DNA of 64,000 nucleotides from Candidatus Aminicenantes bacterium (GTDB taxonomy: Bacteria > Acidobacteriota > Aminicenantia > UBA2199), in NCBI GenBank assembly GCA_011049425.1, contig DSBM01000053.1, positions 3,689 through 67,688 of the forward strand, in the 5' to 3' direction. The notes below the pieces were generated by a model. It was given only the letters and a program-made list of their open reading frames with translations. It made no database searches and was not told the origin of the DNA. Position numbers and translations under genes: made by a program. This document shows, piece after piece, positions 57,585-64,000 of the stretch. Position 1 is the stretch's first letter. Every line of letters begins with the position of its first letter.

Positions 57585-58808
57585 CTATTCTCCCCGCAAC
57601 GCCACGATCGGATCCAGCATAGAGGCTTTACGCGCCGGGGAAACTCCGAAAATCAGGCCGACCAGCAGCGAGAACCCGAACGCGGCCAGGATGGAAGCCA
57701 GAGAAACGCTCGTGTTCCAATCGGTGGCAACCGCGATAACCAAGGCAACCGCGATACCGAGAGCGATGCCGATCAAACCGCCGCCCACGCTCAAAATGGC
57801 CGATTCAACCACGAATTGCCATGTAATGTCCTTGCGACTGGCCCCGACCGCCATGCGCAAGCCGATCTCTTTGCGCCGCTCACGAATGGCGATCAGCATA
57901 ATCGCCAATATGCCGATGCCGCCGATCAAAAGTGAAACCCCGCCGATACTGGCAATCAGGGCGGTAAAGGTGTCGGTTGTCTCGCGCTGGGCATCCATTA
58001 ATTCGGTCTGGCTCTGGATAGTGAAATCATCCGGTTTGTCGGACCGGTTCAGGCGATGGCGCTCGCGCAACAATTCTCGCACCTGGCGCTTCGCCGCCGC
58101 CATCTCGTCCGGGCCGTTCGTCTGCAGGTAAATCGAACTGATGTAATCCTGGTTAAAGACCCGGCGCAATGCCGTTTGAATGGGGATAAAGATCTGGTCG
58201 TCCTGGTCCACACCGTTCAGATCAACGCCCTTAGACTCCATGACGCCGATCACCTCGAACTGAATCTGTCCGACACGTATGGTCTTGCCGATGGGTTCAG
58301 TGCCCTCAAAGAGATTGTTGTCTACAGATCGACCCAACACCGCCACCCGCCTGGATGCACGATTTTCACTTTCGGAAAAAAAAATCCCCCTTTGTGTACA
58401 AAAACTGCGCACCTCGGGAAATTCGTGACTGGTTCCCACCACCGTGGTGTTGCTGCTCAGGTTGGCGAACTTGACCTGGACTTTTTTGCTTTGAATCGGC
58501 GCCGCGTTGCGAATCAGGTCGAGATTGTTCTTTATCGCCTCGACATCTTCGAGACGCAACGTGGTCACTGCACCACGCATCTGTGCACGCCCGGCGGATT
58601 TCTCTGCCTGGCCGGCATTGACAATCACCAGGTTGGTGCCCATGTCCCTGATCTTGCTCAGCACTTCTTCCTGGGCGCCGTTGCCGATGGCGACCATCAC
58701 GATAACGGCGGAAACCCCGATGATAATGCCCACCAACGCCAGGATCGAGCGCAACTTGTGCGCCATCAACTGCTTGCGGGAAATCTTAACGCTCCGTGCC
58801 AATCTCAT
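57585..58808 (-). CDS. ABC transporter permease (MacB/FtsX-type)
   Basis: N-terminal TM, large periplasmic domain, C-terminal FtsX 3-TM bundle. Start MRLARSVKI. Confidence 0.85.
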   Translation of the reverse strand: MRLARSVKISRKQLMAHKLRSILALVGIIIGVSAVIVMVAIGNGAQEEVLSKIRDMGTNLVIVNAGQAEKSAGRAQMRGAVTTLRLEDVEAIKNNLDLIRNAAPIQSKKVQVKFANLSSNTTVVGTSHEFPEVRSFCTQRGIFFSESENRASRRVAVLGRSVDNNLFEGTEPIGKTIRVGQIQFEVIGVMESKGVDLNGVDQDDQIFIPIQTALRRVFNQDYISSIYLQTNGPDEMAAAKRQVRELLRERHRLNRSDKPDDFTIQSQTELMDAQRETTDTFTALIASIGGVSLLIGGIGILAIMLIAIRERRKEIGLRMAVGASRKDITWQFVVESAILSVGGGLIGIALGIAVALVIAVATDWNTSVSLASILAAFGFSLLVGLIFGVSPARKASMLDPIVALRGE

Positions 58809-60022
58809 GACCGCATCGCCTCCACAGGTTGCAATTTGGCCGCCTGTCCGGCCGGCTGCATGCCCGCGGCGATGCCCACCAGGCTGGAAAGGACAACACC
58901 CAGCAAGATGGCCTGCCATGAAGTTGCGACCGGAATCCCGCTGAACAACTGCAGGGCGCGCGCGCTGATGCCGCCGAACACGATGCCGATGGCTCCGCCC
59001 GCAATTGTAACCGCCACCGCTTCCAGCAGAAACTGCATCTTGATGTCCTTGCTGCGCGCGCCCAGGGCCTTGCGCAGGCCGATCTCTTTTTTGCGTTCAC
59101 TCACCGAGATCAACATGATGTTGGCCACCACCACCCCTCCGGCGATCAACGAGATCCCCGCCACCAGGACCAGGAAAATACTGAAGGTGCCGGCGATTTT
59201 CGCCGCCATCTCCGCCACCTCTTCCGGCGCCACAACCCGGAAATCGTCGGGGATACCACGGCCGATACGGTGGCGTTCCCGCAGAATGGCGCGGATGTCG
59301 GCGGCAGCCCGGGTTACATCTGAATCGGGGTTGAGCAGGATCTTGATGCCGAAAAGGTAATCCACGTTGGCCACGCGTCGCAGGTATGTGGCCAGGGGGA
59401 CGTTGACGCGGTTGTCCATATCACCGCCGGACGCACTGGTTCCCTTGGTCTCCATTACCCCCTTTACCTGGAAATAGACATTGCCGACGCGGATCTGCTT
59501 CCCCACGGGATTCTCGCTGCCGAACAATTCGTTTTTTACCGTGGGTCCCAACAGGCACACCCGGTTGCGACTCGCCATATCGCTCTCAGAAATAAAATCA
59601 CCGGTTTGCACATCCCAGTCCCACACGTACGCCCAGGCCGGCGTGATGCCGAACATCGGGGCCGTGGCTGATCGTTCCCTATACTTGATCTCCGCATTGG
59701 GCAGGCGATTGAAAGGCGCCAGATCCTCAACCGCGCGTACTTGCCGTTGAATCGCCTCGGCGTCTTGCAGCGTCAACGTGGTTACCGGACCACCACTGAC
59801 GGGCCGGCCCATTTCCCTGCCGCCGCCGGCAAACACCATCAGGCTTTCAAAGCCGAATTTCTTTACGCGGTCCATTACCCGCTTCTGCGCTCCCAGGCCG
59901 GCGGAAACAATGATCGTCAGCGCGGTGATACCGATCACAATCCCGGTCATCATCAGGAAAGTGCGCTGCCGGTTACGCCCCAAACCACGGCAAGCGGTCT
60001 TGATCAGCCTAGTGGTTTTCAC
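58805..60022 (-). CDS. ABC transporter permease (MacB/FtsX-type), second copy
   Basis: Same architecture (LIKTACRGL...FLMMTGIVIGI). GTG start overlaps the end of the ATPase gene. Confidence 0.8.
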   Translation of the reverse strand: MKTTRLIKTACRGLGRNRQRTFLMMTGIVIGITALTIIVSAGLGAQKRVMDRVKKFGFESLMVFAGGGREMGRPVSGGPVTTLTLQDAEAIQRQVRAVEDLAPFNRLPNAEIKYRERSATAPMFGITPAWAYVWDWDVQTGDFISESDMASRNRVCLLGPTVKNELFGSENPVGKQIRVGNVYFQVKGVMETKGTSASGGDMDNRVNVPLATYLRRVANVDYLFGIKILLNPDSDVTRAAADIRAILRERHRIGRGIPDDFRVVAPEEVAEMAAKIAGTFSIFLVLVAGISLIAGGVVVANIMLISVSERKKEIGLRKALGARSKDIKMQFLLEAVAVTIAGGAIGIVFGGISARALQLFSGIPVATSWQAILLGVVLSSLVGIAAGMQPAGQAAKLQPVEAMRS

Positions 60023-60761
60023 GGACCGCCTCCTCGGCGGGCAGGGCTTCCAGCTCTTTTGCGGCATCCAGCGGCTCGGAGTTTACACGATCCTCGGCGA
60101 CCCCGCCGTCCGCGATGCGGATCACCCGGCGTGTATGGGCGGCGATATCGGGCTCATGCGTGACCAGCACGACAGTACGGCCCCTGCGGTTAAGTTCGGC
60201 AAACAGGGACATGATCTCCAGGCCGGAACGTGTGTCCAGGTTGCCCGTGGGCTCGTCAGCGAATATGATCTCGGGATCGTTAACCAGTGCCCGGGCAATG
60301 GCCACGCGCTGCTGCTGACCGCCGGACAGTTCACTGGGAAGATGGTGCGTGCGCTCGCCCAGTCCCACGGATTGGAGTGCTTCCCTGGCCAGTCTGGTCA
60401 AATCCTTGCGCTCGGAATAGATCAACGGCAATTCCACGTTCTCCAGCGCGCTGGTCCTGTCCAGCAGGTTAAAAGACTGGAACACGAACCCGATCACACG
60501 GTTGCGGATCTTGGCCATTTGTTCATCATCCATGCGATTGACTTCATGGCCGTCAAGCGTCAACGTTCCGCTGGTGGGTTTGTCCAGGCAACCCAGGATA
60601 TTCATCAAACTCGACTTTCCCGAACCAGACGTTCCCATGATGGAGACGAACTCGCCGCGGCGAATGTCCAGTGAGACGTCGTTGACCGCTACCACCCTGG
60701 CGCCGCCTTCTTTGCCGTAGATCTTAAACAGGTTTCTGGCCTGGATCAGCATATCACTCAT
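60009..60761 (-). CDS. ABC transporter ATP-binding protein (MacB/LolD family)
   Basis: GTSGSGKSS, LSGGQQQRVAIARAL, IIFADEPTGNLD. Confidence 0.9.
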   Translation of the reverse strand: MSDMLIQARNLFKIYGKEGGARVVAVNDVSLDIRRGEFVSIMGTSGSGKSSLMNILGCLDKPTSGTLTLDGHEVNRMDDEQMAKIRNRVIGFVFQSFNLLDRTSALENVELPLIYSERKDLTRLAREALQSVGLGERTHHLPSELSGGQQQRVAIARALVNDPEIIFADEPTGNLDTRSGLEIMSLFAELNRRGRTVVLVTHEPDIAAHTRRVIRIADGGVAEDRVNSEPLDAAKELEALPAEEAVRENH

Positions 60762-60772
60762 ACCGTTGTCCT

Positions 60773-61828
60773 TTACTCAAACGAAACCAGCACGGTCTCG
60801 CCTTCATCCAATCCGCTGGTGACTTCGATCATGCCGCCGCTGGTCCAGCCGGTTTCCACTTTTCGGGCTACAGGCTTTCCTTTCTCCATCACGGTGACGA
60901 AGCTCTGGCCCTTTTGCCGGTGGATGGCGCTCAAGGGAATGGTCAACACCCCCTTGCGGGTTTCGAGGAAGATAGAGACCTTGGCGCTCATCTCCGGGCG
61001 CAGGGTTTTGCCCTGATGGTCGGTGATCTTCAAGGTGACCACGTAGTTAACCACGTTGTCCTGGATCACCGCCTTGGGATAAACAGCTGTTACCACACCC
61101 TTGAAATCAATGTTTGAGTAAGTGTCTACTGAAAAAGTGGCGACTTGTCCATCTTTGATACGCCCGATGTCAGTTTCATCCACATAAGCCCAGACTTCCA
61201 GCCGATCAAGATCGATAATGGTCACAAAGGTGGGCGCGGCGAAGCTGGCGGCCACGGTTTCCCCCTCCTGGGTGGACACGGAAGCCACGATCCCGGTGAT
61301 GGGCGCCGTGATCTTGGTGTAATCCAATTGCACCCGGGCGTATTCAAGGTTGGCCCGGGCCTGCTCCAATTGCGCCTTGGCCACTTCAAAGGCTTTTTCC
61401 GCCAGGTCCACCTGGTTCTGGGAAATGTATTTTTTCTCTATCAGGGATTTCTGTCTGGCCAGGTCCAGTTTGGCGTAATCGAAATTCGCGGCCGTGTTGC
61501 GTTGATTGGCGAGGGCCTGGCTGTACTTCGCCTGCAATTCCGCGGGATCCAGCTCGGCAATGATCTGTCCCTTTTCGACAAAGTCACCCACATTGGCGTA
61601 AATGCGCTTGACCAGGCCGGAAACCCGTGAGCCCACCCGTACTTCAGCGCCCACCATGGGTTTGATAACCCCCGTTGCCAACACATTGGACCCGACATCC
61701 TTCCGGGTAACGGTTACCGTCTGCTGTTGACCTTTTTGCGCGTCTTTATCCGGACGCAACACGAAGAAGGCGGCCACAACCAGAACCGATGCCACCGCCG
61801 CCATCCACAAGTATTTTTTTTTATTCAC
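60773..61828 (-). CDS. Periplasmic adaptor (membrane fusion protein, HlyD/MacA family)
   Basis: Signal anchor, coiled-coil hairpin, beta-barrel and MP domains. Adjacent to TolC and the ABC genes. Confidence 0.85.
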   Translation of the reverse strand: MNKKKYLWMAAVASVLVVAAFFVLRPDKDAQKGQQQTVTVTRKDVGSNVLATGVIKPMVGAEVRVGSRVSGLVKRIYANVGDFVEKGQIIAELDPAELQAKYSQALANQRNTAANFDYAKLDLARQKSLIEKKYISQNQVDLAEKAFEVAKAQLEQARANLEYARVQLDYTKITAPITGIVASVSTQEGETVAASFAAPTFVTIIDLDRLEVWAYVDETDIGRIKDGQVATFSVDTYSNIDFKGVVTAVYPKAVIQDNVVNYVVTLKITDHQGKTLRPEMSAKVSIFLETRKGVLTIPLSAIHRQKGQSFVTVMEKGKPVARKVETGWTSGGMIEVTSGLDEGETVLVSFE

Positions 61829-63186
61829 TGCGCTTTCTCCTCAAAATTACGGATCCCCACCGCACGGTTGAGCACCGCCCGGGCAATATTGCCGTCCGCC
61901 AACGCTTCGATTTGGGTTTGCTCAGCGGTCACAAACGCGGTTTGCGCGTCGATCACATCCAGCATGGAACCCACGCCTTCCCGATACTCTCCCTCGGCAA
62001 TGTTGCGGCTCTCCAGCGCGCTGGCGTAATAAACACGCGCACTTTCCACCCGTTCCATCGCCTCTTTCACCTGCAGATAGGCGTTCCACACTTCCAGGCT
62101 GATCTGCCGGCGCAGGCCTTCCTGCTGAGCCTCAAGGCCGCCCAGGGCCAATTGCTCCTGCTTGACCCGCGCCGGACGCAGGAACCCGTCAAACACGGAA
62201 TAGCTCAAACTCAGGCCGATATGACCCGAGGCGTTCATGTCCGACAGGGCCAGCCCGTCAAAACCATATCCACCGAAGAGCGAAAGGGTCGGATAATAGT
62301 CGCTTCGGGCCAGGCGGATGTTGGCCCGCTGCGCGTTCATACGCTCGTTGATCTGGACCAGCTCCGGGCGATTCTGAAACGCCATCTCAACATGGATCTC
62401 AAATTGCCCTTCACTGAAATCCACTTCCCGGCCATCAGGACTTCCCTCCGCTTCCAAATCATCCACGATCGCAAGCGGCTCGTTTACGGATCTCCCCATC
62501 TCCAGGTTGAGCCGGCCCCGGGCCGCCAGGTGTGCATTGCGCGCCCGGATCAGAGACAATGTCATGTCCGCCTGTGCGACCTGGGCTTTTAAAATATCGG
62601 AACGGGTCGCCAGCCCGGTTTCAAACAGTGTCTGGGCGAAATCAAGGTGCATCTCCGCACGCCGCATCGACTGCCGCGCGGAATCCATCAGTCGTTCCGC
62701 CTGCAGCAGGCGGTAATAGGCTGAAATCACGTTGATCACAAGTTCTTCTTCATTCATCCGATGCCGGGCCTGCTCCGCGACCAGACCGGCCTTGGCTGCC
62801 CGGACCGTGGATATGGTTTTCCCGCCTTGAAAGACCGGGTATTGAAACGAGAGTCCGCCGCTGTAATGATCCTGGTTCAAAGTCCCGCCCGTATTTGAAC
62901 TGGATTCCAGGGATGAACTTCGACCACCGGCGTTGAACACAATCGACGGCCAATACCCGGAACGCGCGGCATCGACTCCCGTCCGGCTCTCTTCCACACT
63001 GAAGCGGGAAGCGCGAATCAGGGGATTGTTTTTCAGCGCGGCATCCACACAGTCGGCAAGCGAAAGCAGGGTTTTCCCTGCTTCCCCGGCCGGCAATGAA
63101 AACACGAAAAAGAAAAATAAAACCAGAAAAAAGGCAAAAAGTCCGTTGTTGAAATGAACCTGAAAATCAGGATGCTTTTTGTTCAT
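61825..63186 (-). CDS. TolC-family outer membrane efflux protein
   Basis: Two OEP repeats with heptad coiled-coil pattern. N-terminal signal peptide. Confidence 0.85.
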   Translation of the reverse strand: MNKKHPDFQVHFNNGLFAFFLVLFFFFVFSLPAGEAGKTLLSLADCVDAALKNNPLIRASRFSVEESRTGVDAARSGYWPSIVFNAGGRSSSLESSSNTGGTLNQDHYSGGLSFQYPVFQGGKTISTVRAAKAGLVAEQARHRMNEEELVINVISAYYRLLQAERLMDSARQSMRRAEMHLDFAQTLFETGLATRSDILKAQVAQADMTLSLIRARNAHLAARGRLNLEMGRSVNEPLAIVDDLEAEGSPDGREVDFSEGQFEIHVEMAFQNRPELVQINERMNAQRANIRLARSDYYPTLSLFGGYGFDGLALSDMNASGHIGLSLSYSVFDGFLRPARVKQEQLALGGLEAQQEGLRRQISLEVWNAYLQVKEAMERVESARVYYASALESRNIAEGEYREGVGSMLDVIDAQTAFVTAEQTQIEALADGNIARAVLNRAVGIRNFEEKAQ

Positions 63187-63418
63187 ATTTATTCCTCTGA
63201 ATCCTCAACTAAAAAAATCTCAATCATCACTTTCACGAATTCATTAACTTCCCGTAAGGGTGATATCAACAATCATACACTTTCCTCTCCAGCTCCTCAA
63301 CTTCCACCCTAACAAATAGCCACCAGCCCCTTCCCTGGTTTCCCCATGCCACTCGCCTCTTGCCATTTGCCCGTTTGTGTCCTGCCGCCTTTCTTTCCAT
63401 GATATAATTGAGCACGAA

Positions 63419-64000
63419 ATGCTGAGAATACATTATTTTACGGGGACCGGCAATTCCTGATTGGCGGCGCAGCAACTGTCCGCCCTGGCACAACACGACG
63501 GCATGGAAACGGAGTTGTCCGCCGTTACCAGGCGGAAAGCGCGCCCCGCGAAAGCCCCTGAACGCAACGACCTGGTGGTGTTTTCCTATCCCACCCATGG
63601 TTTTTCGCTTCCCTGGCGCATGCTGAAGTTCATCCTGGCCTATCCCCGCGGCCGGGCCCGGATATTTTTGATCAACAACCGCGCGGGCATGAAGTTCAGC
63701 CGTGTTTTTACCCCTGGAGTCAGCGGCATCGCCGTACTCCTGCCCCTGTTGATCCTCTGCATCAAAGGCTACCGCCCGGCCGGCGCACTGCCCCTGGATA
63801 CACCTTCCAACTGGGTAGTGGTCCACCCCGGCCTGTCTCCGCGTACCGTCCACGCGATCATGGAACGGCGAAAGCGCGACCTGCATAAGTTGTGGCAAAA
63901 AGTGACGGCGGGGAAACGCCGCTTCCCCACAAAATTCTGGATCATGATCCCACTGGACATCTTGGTTGCCCCTATAAGCGTAGCCTATCTGGCTTTCGGG
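63419..64000 (+). pseudogene. Flavodoxin-like (EFR1-type) protein gene interrupted by an in-frame TGA at codon 14; runs off the window
   Basis: MLRIHYFTGTGNS-TGA-LAAQQLSALAQ...LVVFSYPTHGFSLP. The flavodoxin phosphate loop and second FMN loop lie in one frame, separated by the TGA at 63458-63460. Confidence 0.45.

Noticed and set aside
63458-63485. Selenocysteine insertion at the in-frame TGA of the flavodoxin-like gene
   Set aside because: The downstream hairpin is only a 5-bp stem with a 12-nt loop, unlike bacterial SECIS elements. The homologous position is normally Arg/Lys, not Cys. No other in-frame TGA occurs in the window. A CGA to TGA nonsense change is more parsimonious.
63266-63898. 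210-aa minus-strand ORF overlapping the flavodoxin-like gene, and other long antisense ORFs in the track (e.g. 15077..16069 opposite the C1 peptidase, 34610..35437 opposite homocitrate synthase, 51500..53230 opposite AOR)
   Set aside because: These are typical high-GC antisense open frames: Arg/Gly/Pro-rich, no recognisable domains, no RBS, and each fully overlaps a well-supported gene on the other strand.
1-64000. Scanned for CRISPR arrays, rRNA, and tRNA-like T-loop (GGTTCGAATCC) signatures in all intergenic gaps >100 bp
   Set aside because: No regularly spaced 25-40 bp direct repeats with unique spacers, no rRNA-like conserved blocks, and no convincing tRNA T-arm or anticodon-arm signature were found by eye. 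tRNAscan/Infernal would be needed to be definitive.

Overview
This 64 kb window is a ~60% GC bacterial chromosomal segment with dense, mostly overlapping genes in long co-directional runs. The left 29 kb is housekeeping: LD-carboxypeptidase, a 1173-aa multi-TM sensor kinase, apt, an ECF transporter S-T-A operon, a GH57 glucan enzyme, mce, xseAB, rimO-pgpA-(secreted C1 peptidase), rpmB, truA, thpR, plsY, gpsA, an FHA-GAF-adenylate cyclase, a GT-C glycosyltransferase, an HdrDE-like Fe-S oxidoreductase, and murI-GerMN-amidase. The middle (34.3-42.5 kb) carries a LysW amino-carrier-protein lysine (alpha-aminoadipate pathway) cluster: lysW, homocitrate synthase, lysX, lysY, lysZ, lysJ and a fused aconitase-family protein. 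It has no lysK, but a stand-alone class-II (Ntn) glutamine-amidotransferase-domain gene sits between lysY and lysZ. This is the most interesting candidate for an undescribed component. The right part (42.8-57 kb) is accessory-like: a run of secreted or surface proteins and peptidases (YpfJ-like metallopeptidase, FISUMP-domain protein, M28 peptidase, a lipoprotein, and an 803-aa protein with tandem CarboxypepD_reg-like repeats), an AOR-ferredoxin pair, and a ~3 kb low-GC island. The island carries one Bacteroidetes-like M14 carboxypeptidase gene and lies next to a 3'-truncated ridA. The window ends with a TolC-MFP-ABC (MacAB-like) efflux operon and a flavodoxin-like gene interrupted by an in-frame TGA. 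Intergenic regions are mosaics of recurring short modules: a GGGCGACCGGCCGGTCGCCCCTAC palindrome, CTCCAACTT units, CCACCTG units, TTCTAC units, and TGTGATGA/CATCACA iteron-like arrays. No rRNA, tRNA or CRISPR array could be supported by eye.
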